This document shows, piece after piece, positions 21,983 through 31,395 of a stretch of 64,000 nucleotides of DNA. The translations under genes were made by a program, and so were the position numbers. This DNA comes from Acidobacteriota bacterium (GTDB lineage: Bacteria; Acidobacteriota; UBA6911; RPQK01; JAJDTT01), in assembly GCA_965209055.1 (NCBI GenBank), contig OZ242374.1, positions 2,528,001 to 2,592,000 on the forward strand. The letters run 5' to 3'. Numbering within the stretch: position 1 is the stretch's first letter; each line of letters starts with the position of its first letter. The notes beneath the pieces were generated by a model, which made no database searches, had not been told where the DNA came from, and was given only the letters and a program-made list of their open reading frames with translations.

Positions 21983-22714
21983 CTAGTTGACGGGGACCGT
22001 TCCTCCCAGCGTGACCCGGTCCAGGTCGATCCGGCAGCGCCTCGCCACGATCTGCACGCCCCGGGCCCGGGCCTCGTCCAGGGCGGCGGCAAATCCCGGA
22101 TCCAACTCGCGGGCCGCCCGGAAACGGCGGACGTCCTCCCGCTGGATCACGAAGAGAATGGCGGCGCTCCAGCCGTCCTGCTGGGCCAGGTGCGCCAACT
22201 CCCTGGCGTGGCGGGCTCCCCGGGCGGTGACTGCGTCGGGAAAAAGGCCGACTCCGTCTTCCACAAGGGTGACGCTCTTCACCTCCAGGGCCAGTTGCCG
22301 CCCATCCTCCCGGCCCAAGAGGAAATCGATCCTGGAGCGTCTAAGCGCCGCTTCCGCCCGCCGGAGCTCCCAGTCCTCGAACTCGTCGATAGCGGACCGG
22401 GCCAAAGCGCGGCCGACGAGCCGGTTGGGGATCCGGGTGTCGACCGAGACCAGACCGCACCGGTCGGGGTTCTCGACCAGGAGGGCGGTCCAACGGGTCT
22501 TTCTCTTCGCGCCCGAAGCCGGAAGCAGCCAGATCCGGACCCCGGGGATGAGGAGTTCCCGCAGGCGGCCCGGATCGGCCAGATGGGCGTCCACCGGTTC
22601 CGCCTCGCCGAGCGGCCTGCACCTCACCAGAAAGCGGTTGGGGCGCTCCACGAAGACCGCTTCCTGGAGTTTCCCCGGAATGGGGATCCAGGTTCTGGTT
22701 CGTTCTCCCAGCAT
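21983..22714 (-). CDS. sfsA: SfsA DNA/RNA nuclease-family protein
   Basis: RPNRF, H..DPGRL.ELL, SRIDFLL, EVKSVTL, FPDAVTARG.RH. Confidence 0.93.
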   Translation of the reverse strand: MLGERTRTWIPIPGKLQEAVFVERPNRFLVRCRPLGEAEPVDAHLADPGRLRELLIPGVRIWLLPASGAKRKTRWTALLVENPDRCGLVSVDTRIPNRLVGRALARSAIDEFEDWELRRAEAALRRSRIDFLLGREDGRQLALEVKSVTLVEDGVGLFPDAVTARGARHARELAHLAQQDGWSAAILFVIQREDVRRFRAARELDPGFAAALDEARARGVQIVARRCRIDLDRVTLGGTVPVN

Positions 22715-22766
22715 TCCAGGCCGCCCAGTCTACTACGGATGGGAGCGGCGGATTTCCTGCCCCCGC

Positions 22767-22794
22767 GGAGCGACGGTTTCCAACCGCCGATTCC
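22767..22794 (+). repeat. REP-like palindromic repeat, family A copy 1
   Basis: GGAGCGACGGTTTCCAACCGCCGATTCC; near-identical to 24447-24475. Confidence 0.65.
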
Positions 22795-22866
22795 GGGAAC
22801 GAGGGGCAAGAACGTCCCCTTCTGCGACACTGCGGAAAATGGGGAAAGTGAAGGGGCCGTGTTAGA

Positions 22867-23889
22867 GTGACCTCCAAAAAGGAGGTGTCCTTGGACTTGA
22901 TACGAATCGGCCTCGCCGGTTACGGCGAATGGACCCGCGAAGCCTTGATCCCTTCGCTGGAACGGGACGGCCGGGCGAGGATCGTGGCCGCGGCGGCGCG
23001 CACTTCGGCGACTCGCGCCCGCATCCGGGCGGAACTGGGCTCACACGTCGCGCTGCACTCCGGCTTCGCCGGCCTTTTCGACGAGGAAGTGGACGCCCTC
23101 ATCCTGGCTCTTCCCTCGTCCTTGCACGAGGAAGGGGTTCTGGCCGCCGTCGAATCGGGCCTCCCCTTCTTCCACGAGCCTCCCGTGGCCAATCACCGGG
23201 ATCGGGTCCGTCCCGTCCTGCGGCGTCTCCTGTGCGCCCGTCAGGTGACTCACGCCGACATGGAGCTGCGGTTCATTCCGGTCATCCATCGCGCCGCCCG
23301 GCGTGTGGCGGAGGGCGCCATCGGCGAGCCCCGCACCGCCATGATCTGGATGCGCGGCTCGTGGAGCCCCGATCCGTCGGCGGGAATCAGTCTCATGCAC
23401 TCCCTCTCGCCCTGGTACGTCGACGCACTGGATCAGGTGCTGGGAGTCTCCCCCAAGCGCGTGCTGGTGCAGGACGGCCGGGGGTATCCGGGACGGATGC
23501 AATCCTTTGCCTTGACCCAGCTCGACTACGACGGGGTCTGGGGCAGCTTCGACGCCAACATCTCGGCGGTTCCGGGCATGACCACCAGCCTCGAGGTCAC
23601 GGGCACGGAGGGTGACCTGCAAGCGGATCTTTTCACCGCCGAAATCCGGCTGCGGACCCTGACCCGGCCGGAACCGGAAATCGAACGGGTCCCGGCACTG
23701 GAGCCCTACGCCGGATGGCCCGGGATGTGCGAATGCGTTGCGGCCTTTCTGGATGCCGTCTCCGGTCAAGCCCCCCAGCGCGCCGGAGCCCGGGCCGTCG
23801 CCCGCAGCCATCTGGTGGGACTGGCGGGTGAGCGCTCCATCGACACGGGGACCTGGGCCGAGGTCGAAAGTTTGGCGGTTCTGCAATGA
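22867..23889 (+). CDS. Gfo/Idh/MocA-family oxidoreductase (divergent)
   Basis: IRIGLAGYG, VDALILALP..LH; EPP in place of EKP. Confidence 0.85.
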   Translation: MTSKKEVSLDLIRIGLAGYGEWTREALIPSLERDGRARIVAAAARTSATRARIRAELGSHVALHSGFAGLFDEEVDALILALPSSLHEEGVLAAVESGLPFFHEPPVANHRDRVRPVLRRLLCARQVTHADMELRFIPVIHRAARRVAEGAIGEPRTAMIWMRGSWSPDPSAGISLMHSLSPWYVDALDQVLGVSPKRVLVQDGRGYPGRMQSFALTQLDYDGVWGSFDANISAVPGMTTSLEVTGTEGDLQADLFTAEIRLRTLTRPEPEIERVPALEPYAGWPGMCECVAAFLDAVSGQAPQRAGARAVARSHLVGLAGERSIDTGTWAEVESLAVLQ

Positions 23890-24416
23890 GCCTCTGGCGT
23901 CTTCTGGGCCTGAACAAGTTGGAATCGTCCCAGGAGCCCGCCGAAGAGGGACACATCGTCCTTGAGATCGCCGCCAAGCTGGATCAACTGGAAGCCTCGG
24001 AAGCCCGATACATCGCCTGCTTCTCCTACATTCTGAACCGCGTGGCCCATGCCGATCTGGAGATCAGTCCGGAGGAAGTCGTCCAGATGGAGACGATCGT
24101 CCGGGAGCAGGGGGGCCTGCCGGAGTCGCAATCGGTTCTGGTGGTTCAGATGGCAAAGACCCACAATCGGCTCTTCGGCGCCACGGACAACTATCTCGTG
24201 ACCCGCGAGTTCAATCGCATCGCCACCCGCAGTCAGAAGCTGGAACTGATGGGTTGCCTCTTGGCGGTGTCGGCCTCCCATGAAGGGATCTCAACGGCCG
24301 AGGACGCCGAAATGCGCCAGATCACCAAAGAACTGCAACTCTCGCACCGGGATTTCATCGCCCTCAGGTCCCGCTTCCGGGACCACCTGAACGTCCTCAG
24401 GAGGATCGAGGAATAA
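23886..24416 (+). CDS. TerB-family protein
   Basis: RVAHADLEIS.EE; LLAVSA..GIS.AED..MRQI..EL. Confidence 0.82.
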   Translation: MSLWRLLGLNKLESSQEPAEEGHIVLEIAAKLDQLEASEARYIACFSYILNRVAHADLEISPEEVVQMETIVREQGGLPESQSVLVVQMAKTHNRLFGATDNYLVTREFNRIATRSQKLELMGCLLAVSASHEGISTAEDAEMRQITKELQLSHRDFIALRSRFRDHLNVLRRIEE

Positions 24417-24419
24417 GAG

Positions 24420-24475
24420 GGGCGATTGGAAATCGCCCTTCCGGCCGGGGCGGCGGTTTCCCAACCGCCGATTCC
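24420..24475. repeat. pair of REP-like hairpins (family A copy 2 plus oppositely oriented variant)
   Basis: GGGCGATT-GGA-AATCGCCC (24420-24438) and GGGGCGGCGGTTTCCCAACCGCCGATTCC (24447-24475), directly after the terB-like stop. Confidence 0.65.
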
Positions 24476-24954
24476 TTATCTGGATCCACTTGACCTCGGC
24501 CTGCCGCGAGCAGGGGGTCTTCTGGCGGGTCCTGGGTCGATTACATCCGACGTAGTCGCCATCTGTCGTCACAACAACCCTGTTTTCGAACTCTCAAAGG
24601 AGGGGGTGCCTCCGGAAAACGGTCTCTTGGACGTTCACCGGCCACTCTGGAGCCGAGCGGAAGGCTGACCCCCTGAACCCACGCACCAAGACCTGCGATC
24701 CCGGCAAAAAATCGAGGCGCTTTGTCAGTTGTATTAATAATCGGTGCCAATGGAAACGGAAATTTCACCTGATAACGACACATCTGCTGCGATTGTTAAC
24801 CGCCTCGTGATAAATTTAACGAGTTGTTGATCGATAGGCCCGATCACATGTGTCCGTCGTCCGAGTAACTCCGCAACGTCAAAGGCGCAAGAGAAGGACC
24901 GGCAAAAGCATGGTCCGGCGGGCCATGGGAGGTTCGACCGACTTGGAGACTGTC

Positions 24955-26331
24955 GTGGGGGAGAAAAGGGTCATCATCATCGGTGGAGGAGCCTCCGGGC
25001 TGAGCGCCGCATGGACCCTCAAGAAACGCGGCATCGACCCCATCCTGTTCGAGGCCAACGACCGTGTGGGTGGACGCTTGGGCGGCGACCGGGTGGACGG
25101 TTTCTGTCTGGACGAAGGCGCGGACTTCTTCTGCTCCTCATACGACGTTGCCTTTCGCATGTGCGAGGAGTTGGGATTGCGTCTGGTTGGTTCGGAGATG
25201 AACTTGGGCTGGCGCAGAAACGGCCGGTGGGTGCTCACGACGCCGGTCCAGTCTGTTGGCGCCCTCGTCAGAAACCTGCCGGCGTTCTGGACGCTGGGAT
25301 TCCTCTCGCCCGGGGTCGTCCGGCCGATCCTGAAACTGGTCAGGGAGATCAACCGGCAATCCGAGTACCTGAATTTCTCCAGCGAGTGCAGGATCGTCGA
25401 GATCGACGGAGAGGAGACCTTCGGCGACTACCTGGCGAGGATCGGCGTGCCCGATTATCTGAAGACCACGCTGGCTGGATTCCTCGAGATGACGATGGGT
25501 CGCACCGAAGACGCCGGCGCCGCGTATATGCGGACCTATCTGGCGGAAATGCTGTTGAAGGCCGATCAGATCTACGTTCCGGAGAAGGGCGCAGGCGCTC
25601 TGTCTCACGCGCTGGCCGCCGCGTGCGGAGATGCCGTTCGCGTTTCAACCCCCGTCCGCCGCGTGGTTATCCGGGACGGCGCCGTGGCGAGTGTGATGGT
25701 CGACGACGGCCCCATGGAGGCGGACGCGGTCATCTGCGCCCTTCCCGCCACAAAGGTGGCAGACGTCATCCCCGGCCTGCCGCCCGGTATTCGCCGCACA
25801 CTCGACGGGATCCCCTACTCGCGCGGGTGTCGAGTGGTGATCGGCCTCGACCACGCGCCCCTTCCTCCGGGCTGGCACGGCGCGTTGTATCCCGAAGACG
25901 AGACCCCGCTCTTGCTGGACCGGTCCATCAACCTTCCGGGCATCGCACCGCGGGGCAAGAGCACGCTCGACCTGCTCGTCGGTCGCGACCGCGCGGAGGA
26001 GCTTTTTCCGCTGGACGATGAGGAGATCAAGCGCCGGATGCTCGGCGACGTGCGACGCACCCCCCCTCCCGGCTCCGCGCTTCCCGGCGACGACGAGGGG
26101 GTGTTCACGCGTGTCTACCGTTGGAGGGAGGCCGTATGCATGATGCCGCCCGGCATGTTCAAGGAGATCGCGGAGATGCGCCGTCAACTGCGCGCGGACG
26201 TGAAAAACCTCTTCCTGGCGGGTGACTACATGCGAGTGCCGTCGGTGAACGGGGCCCTGGCCAGTGGCGTCAACGCGGCGACGGAGGTTGCGGACATGCT
26301 GGCGTCCCAAGAAAGTGAAGCCGGTCTATGA
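24955..26331 (+). CDS. FAD-dependent oxidoreductase (amine oxidase / protoporphyrinogen oxidase-like)
   Basis: IIGGGASGLSAA..FEA.DRVGGR; LFLAGDY..GALASG; start uncertain (24925/24943/24955). Confidence 0.88.
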   Translation: MGEKRVIIIGGGASGLSAAWTLKKRGIDPILFEANDRVGGRLGGDRVDGFCLDEGADFFCSSYDVAFRMCEELGLRLVGSEMNLGWRRNGRWVLTTPVQSVGALVRNLPAFWTLGFLSPGVVRPILKLVREINRQSEYLNFSSECRIVEIDGEETFGDYLARIGVPDYLKTTLAGFLEMTMGRTEDAGAAYMRTYLAEMLLKADQIYVPEKGAGALSHALAAACGDAVRVSTPVRRVVIRDGAVASVMVDDGPMEADAVICALPATKVADVIPGLPPGIRRTLDGIPYSRGCRVVIGLDHAPLPPGWHGALYPEDETPLLLDRSINLPGIAPRGKSTLDLLVGRDRAEELFPLDDEEIKRRMLGDVRRTPPPGSALPGDDEGVFTRVYRWREAVCMMPPGMFKEIAEMRRQLRADVKNLFLAGDYMRVPSVNGALASGVNAATEVADMLASQESEAGL

Positions 26332-28610
26332 CACCGATGGACCGCTATATCGATTTTGTTCTTCGCCGTCGGTGGCTGGTTATCGTGCTCGCGGTGCTGG
26401 TCATGCTTGCGACAGCAGCGGGCATGTCTGGTCTTACCGTTTCCAGCAGCTATCGCGTGCTGTTCGGCGAGGACAATCCTGATCTCCTTGCGTTCGACGA
26501 GCTGCAGGACACCTACGTCGCGTCGAGGTCGGCGCTGATCGCGATTTCCCCGCGCGAGGGGACGGTGTTCACCCGCGACACCCTCGCCGCGATCGAGGAG
26601 CTGACTGAGATTGCGTGGCAGACGCCGTACTCCGTCCGAGTCAATTCGCTCACCAACTATTTCCACAGCGAGGCGGAGGGGGACGAACTGACCATCGCCC
26701 CACTCGTAGCGGACGCCAAGTCCTTCAGCAATGATGACCTCAAGCGGGTCCGGACCATCGCCCTGAACGAGTCCGAACTCGTCGGGCAACTGATTTCCGG
26801 TGATGGCCGCACGACCGGACTGGCCATCAGCTTCGCTCTGCCCGAGCCGGAGGAAGCGGCCTGGGCAGAGATTTCGAGCCATCTCCGAGACTTGCTCGAC
26901 AACGCCAGGGCGACCCATCCGGATCTACGCTACTTCCTGACCGGGAATGTGATCCTGAACCAGACCTTCACCGAGGCAGCGCAGGATGACGCAAAGAAGA
27001 TCCCCATCGCATTCCTGGTCATCGTCGCCATCACCGTCCTCATCCTGCGCTCGGTGTACGCTACCCTTGCCATCGCCGTTTTGCTCGTGTTCGTTGTGCT
27101 CAGCACCCTCGGAGTGGCGGGCTGGTCGCGCGTCCTGCTGACGCCGATCAGCGCAAGCGTGCCGATCATCATCGTGACGGTCGGCGTCGCCCATGCGATT
27201 CATATCGCGACCATGGTGCTGGCCGGCCTCCGCCGGGGGCAGGAACGGAACGCGGCGATCAGGGCATCCCTTAGTGACAATCTGTATCCGGTGTTTCTGA
27301 CATCCGCCACCACGGCGATAGGATTCCTCAGCCTGAACATGTCAGATTCGCCGCCGTTCCATGTCCTTGGCAATTTGGTGGCACACGGTGTGCTGTTCGG
27401 TTTCGTCTACTCGGTAACGCTTCTGCCCGCGCTGTTCTCGATCCTGCCTCTGCGGGCGAGGCCCGCCCGTCCCGGGAGGTCGCCTTTCTTCGACCGTCTG
27501 GGAGATTTCGTGGTCGCGCACCGGGCACTGGTTCTTTGGTCCTGCATCTTCGTGGTTGTTGCGCTGGCGACCGGTATTCCCCGCAATGAGTTAAGCGACA
27601 ACTGGGCGCACCATTTCGATGATCGCTACGCTTTCCGCACCGATACGGATTTTGTCACCGCGAATCTGACGGGGCTCGATCGGCTCGAATACTCGTTGAA
27701 CTCGGGGCGCGAGGGCGGCATCACGGATCCCGAATATCTGCGCACGGTCGATGCGTTCGCCGAATGGTGCCGCGACCAGGCCGAAGTGCATCACGTGCAG
27801 GCGTTCACGGACATTATGAAGCGCGTGAACCGAAACCTGCACGGGGACGATCCCGCGTTCTACCGGATACCGGACGATCCCGAACTCGCGGCACAGTTTC
27901 TGCTGCTTTACGAGTTCTCGTTGCCCTTCGGCGCTGATCTCAATGATCGGGTGGACATCGCCAAATCCGCGACACGGATGACCGTGGTGCTCAAGGAAAC
28001 ATCCACGGTGGAGCATCTCGACCTCGACGCACGCGCCCGGAACTGGCTGGAGGCCAACGCACCCGGGCTCTCCGGGCCGGCTTCGGGCTTCACCATGATC
28101 GCCGCCCACATGTCGAGCGATAACACCAGGAGCATGCTGGAGGGGACGATCCTTGCCGCTGGACTGATTTCAGTGATCCTGCTCCTGGTCTTCCGAAACG
28201 TGCTCATCGGAATGGTTTGTCTCGTGCCGAACTTCATCCCGGCAGTGCTATTGTTCGGTTTGTGGGGATATCTCCATGGCAATGTCGGACTCGGCGGCTC
28301 CGTGGTGGTCGCGGTCGCCATCGGCGTCATCGTGGACGACACCATTCATTTTATGACCCACTACATGAGAGACCGGCAAAAAGGGCGTTCGGCATCCGAG
28401 GCGGTTCGAACCACGTTTGGCGCGGTGGGTCGAGCGTTGGGCACGACCACCGCCATTCTGGTGGCGGGCTTCCTCGTGTTCTCCACGTCCGGATACGAGC
28501 CCGGTGCCCAGCTCGGCTTCATGGTCGCCCTCGCGATCACCTTCGCGCTGCTTGCGGATCTCCTGCTCCTCCCACCGATTCTGATGACCCTCGATCGGCG
28601 AAAAACATGA
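26328..28610 (+). CDS. MMPL/RND-superfamily transporter
   Basis: Two-repeat TM architecture; TTAIGFLSL, AIGVIVDDTIHF; ATGA coupling to upstream gene. Confidence 0.92.
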   Translation: MTPMDRYIDFVLRRRWLVIVLAVLVMLATAAGMSGLTVSSSYRVLFGEDNPDLLAFDELQDTYVASRSALIAISPREGTVFTRDTLAAIEELTEIAWQTPYSVRVNSLTNYFHSEAEGDELTIAPLVADAKSFSNDDLKRVRTIALNESELVGQLISGDGRTTGLAISFALPEPEEAAWAEISSHLRDLLDNARATHPDLRYFLTGNVILNQTFTEAAQDDAKKIPIAFLVIVAITVLILRSVYATLAIAVLLVFVVLSTLGVAGWSRVLLTPISASVPIIIVTVGVAHAIHIATMVLAGLRRGQERNAAIRASLSDNLYPVFLTSATTAIGFLSLNMSDSPPFHVLGNLVAHGVLFGFVYSVTLLPALFSILPLRARPARPGRSPFFDRLGDFVVAHRALVLWSCIFVVVALATGIPRNELSDNWAHHFDDRYAFRTDTDFVTANLTGLDRLEYSLNSGREGGITDPEYLRTVDAFAEWCRDQAEVHHVQAFTDIMKRVNRNLHGDDPAFYRIPDDPELAAQFLLLYEFSLPFGADLNDRVDIAKSATRMTVVLKETSTVEHLDLDARARNWLEANAPGLSGPASGFTMIAAHMSSDNTRSMLEGTILAAGLISVILLLVFRNVLIGMVCLVPNFIPAVLLFGLWGYLHGNVGLGGSVVVAVAIGVIVDDTIHFMTHYMRDRQKGRSASEAVRTTFGAVGRALGTTTAILVAGFLVFSTSGYEPGAQLGFMVALAITFALLADLLLLPPILMTLDRRKT

Positions 28611-28720
28611 TCTGTCAATCCAGCCCGAGCGGGGCTGCTGCTGTTTGAGTCCTGCCTGGTCGGCATGGAAGCTCCGCCCGTCGTGCACGATCTCGGCGAC
28701 AAGGATGTCGCCGTTCCCGG

Positions 28721-30499
28721 CTACAGAATTCCCAGGCGCCTGGCGGTGTTCCGGATTTTCTCCATCCGATCCTCAATGGGGACGATCTTCGTGCCTTTCG
28801 GATTCGGCCTGGAGAGGTGGGCGTACTCGTAGACGTCGAAGCCGGCGAATCGGGGGTCGTGGTAGATCTGCTCCAGGTCGGAGACGTATTCCTGCATGGA
28901 AACGGTTCGTTTCAGGTAGCGGTTGAGGTAGACGGGGATTCCGCTGCGATTGCAGAGCGCCAGGGCTTCCTCCACTACGGAATCGTCCAGGGCGTTGTGG
29001 AGCAGGCCCCGGTCCGCCTCCGGCGCCTCGAACCAGGTGGTTCGGAGCGTGATGCCATCGGCCAGTCCTTCCAGGAGCCAGGTCCGCCAGTCGAATTCCA
29101 GGTTGGCGGGGAAGCCCATGAGCTGACCGTGACAGGGGTCGGGTCCGAAGGCTTCGGCGTGGACGTGGACCTGGAACTTCTTGCCGGCGCTCCGGACCCG
29201 GCGGCTGGCCTCGCGGATGAACCGGGTGTAGTGGCGGCCCCGGAGCCGGGCGAGCCGTGCGCGATCCCCATCCGTATTTCCGACCTCGCGTCCGAATCTC
29301 TCCCGGTACTCTTCCAACAGCGGGGGGTTGAAGCCATATTCCAGGGGTTCGTCCGTCAGCGACCCGTGGGCGGAGACCCGGACGTCCACTCCGTCCACGC
29401 CCGCTTCGAGGAGCCGGTCCACCCAGCCCGTCCAGAGCTTCTCCACCTCGGGGTAGACGGCGCAGGGAGTGCAGGCCAGCGTGCCGTTTCGTCCCCGGGC
29501 GAAGGCGATGCAACCGCCCCAGTTCCATTTCGACTTGGTGACGATGCCGAACATGGTGCCGTCGGTGGAGGCGTTGTCGGTGTCCAACTGCACCGGGAAC
29601 GGTCCCATCCCCGAGTCGAATTCCAATCCTCCGGTGCGGAAATCCCGGGGACGGATCCACATGGCGCTTCGGGTGGCGATGACGATGGGCAGCGGATCCG
29701 GACCCGGGCCGTAGGCTTCGATCATGGCCGAGGGGGCGTTGCCGAAGTCTCCCTCCCGGTCCTGGAAGTCGGTGGTGACCAGGATGTAGCGCTCGGTCAG
29801 GTCAAGTCCCTCCAGCGTCAGGCTCCGCACGGGTGCGCCGCAAGCGGTCAACAGGCCGCCGAAGAACTCCCGGACCTCCCGGGGAGACGGTTCCACCCGG
29901 TCCGCCAGGGAGAAGTCCACCGGGTGCCGCCGGTAGCGGTGGTTGTCCGCGCTGGTCCAGATCTGGAGATGCTCCTTGCGGATGCGGGTGGGCGAGTCGT
30001 CCGCTTTCAGAAGCCGGATCTTCCGGATCGGAACGGAATCGAGATTCGGCGGGGCCTCCCATGGACGCCTCGCGACGCGAGTGTGGGGAAACCGCTCCAC
30101 GAAGGGGAACACCTGTTGGAGGCAACCCCCGATTCGGTGGACACGGGTGTGGTTACCCTGGGGGGACCCTTGGGGATAGGTACCCGCCAAGCCGGTGTTG
30201 AAGGGCTTCAGGACCGCGTAGACTTCCAGTCCGTGACGGTGGGCGATGGGGGTCACCGCCTTCAGAGGCTCCCCGATTCGGTTCACGGTGGCCCGGCCGT
30301 ACCGCATGTAGTCGAAGGTGTTGCCCGCCCAATATGAGTCGGACTCCTCGTCGCCGTAGTAGAGCCAGTAGATTCTGCGGACCCCCAGGCTCTTGATCTG
30401 GAGGACCATTTCCTCCAGGAGTCCCAGGCTGTAGGGCCCGTAGCGGACATCGTCCGGAAAATCGACGGTTGCCGAGAGCAGGAACGGACGGGAACTCAA
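28721..30499 (-). CDS. hypothetical protein, possibly a TIM-barrel glycoside-hydrolase-like enzyme
   Basis: Long ORF with typical codon usage; LGVRRIYW, AHRHGLEVYA, GVDGVDVR, DWRTWL.EGLADGI; TTG start after GAGG. Confidence 0.75.
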   Translation of the reverse strand: MSSRPFLLSATVDFPDDVRYGPYSLGLLEEMVLQIKSLGVRRIYWLYYGDEESDSYWAGNTFDYMRYGRATVNRIGEPLKAVTPIAHRHGLEVYAVLKPFNTGLAGTYPQGSPQGNHTRVHRIGGCLQQVFPFVERFPHTRVARRPWEAPPNLDSVPIRKIRLLKADDSPTRIRKEHLQIWTSADNHRYRRHPVDFSLADRVEPSPREVREFFGGLLTACGAPVRSLTLEGLDLTERYILVTTDFQDREGDFGNAPSAMIEAYGPGPDPLPIVIATRSAMWIRPRDFRTGGLEFDSGMGPFPVQLDTDNASTDGTMFGIVTKSKWNWGGCIAFARGRNGTLACTPCAVYPEVEKLWTGWVDRLLEAGVDGVDVRVSAHGSLTDEPLEYGFNPPLLEEYRERFGREVGNTDGDRARLARLRGRHYTRFIREASRRVRSAGKKFQVHVHAEAFGPDPCHGQLMGFPANLEFDWRTWLLEGLADGITLRTTWFEAPEADRGLLHNALDDSVVEEALALCNRSGIPVYLNRYLKRTVSMQEYVSDLEQIYHDPRFAGFDVYEYAHLSRPNPKGTKIVPIEDRMEKIRNTARRLGIL

Positions 30500-30521
30500 G
30501 CGGCGGACCTCGTGAGGATGC

Positions 30522-31295
30522 TCATACCGTCGCCATCCAGCCGCCGTCCACCACCAGCGCCGAGCCGGTGATCCAGGACGCGTCGTCGGAGGCGAGGAAG
30601 ACGCAGGCCCGGGCGATGTCCCGGGGAGTTCCGAATCGGGGCAGGAGCGTCCGCCGGCGTCCATCCTCGATCTGTTCCGGAGTCAGGTAGTCCTGGTTGG
30701 CCGTTTCAATGAAGCCGGGACAGACGGCGTTGACGGTTATGCCCAGGGGACCCAACTCCGCGGCCGTGTCGCGGGCCAGGTTCACCACTGCGGCCTTGGT
30801 CGGAGCATAGACCGGACCCGCTCCTCCGCCTCTGTAGTTCACCGAAGAGATATGGATAATCCGCCCGTGAGAGGAGCGCTTCAAATGGGGAACCGCCACC
30901 TTCGTGGTCAGGAAGAGCGCCCGGAGATTGATCGACAGGACCCGGTCCCAGTCGGCCACGGCCAGGGTCTGGGACGTTCCCGGGATGTGGACGCCGGCGT
31001 TGTTGACCAGGATGTCCAACGCCCCGAATTCCTCAACCGTCGTGTCCACGAGTTGTTGGACGAAATCCTCGCAGGCGATGTCGCCCTGGAGGAAGATCCC
31101 CCGGCCGCCGTTCCCCCGGATCTCATCCACGGTGGGCTTGCGGGGCTCGGTCTCGTAGTAACGGCCGACCTTGGGCGTCTCCCGGATGTCGGCGACCGCC
31201 ACCGCGGCGCCCTCCCGGGCCAGCTCCAGGGCGATGCCCCGGCCGATTCCCGAACTTCCTCCGGTCACAATGGCCACTCTGCGCTGCAACCGCAT
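30522..31295 (-). CDS. SDR-family NAD(P)-dependent oxidoreductase
   Basis: TGGSSGIG, NNAG, YAPTK, VCPG, VDGG. Confidence 0.95.
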   Translation of the reverse strand: MRLQRRVAIVTGGSSGIGRGIALELAREGAAVAVADIRETPKVGRYYETEPRKPTVDEIRGNGGRGIFLQGDIACEDFVQQLVDTTVEEFGALDILVNNAGVHIPGTSQTLAVADWDRVLSINLRALFLTTKVAVPHLKRSSHGRIIHISSVNYRGGGAGPVYAPTKAAVVNLARDTAAELGPLGITVNAVCPGFIETANQDYLTPEQIEDGRRRTLLPRFGTPRDIARACVFLASDDASWITGSALVVDGGWMATV

Positions 31296-31395
31296 AGGAT
31301 GTCGCCTTGGGAAATTGACCGCGAAGTGGGGGAATGATACCAGACTCCCAGGCGGGACCGTACCGCTTCAAGCGCGGTGCGGGAAGGGGAGCCAG

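Noticed and set aside
24738-24752. Sigma54 -24 box TGGCAC (minus strand; also + strand at about 48703)
   Set aside because: No TTGC -12 element at the required spacing
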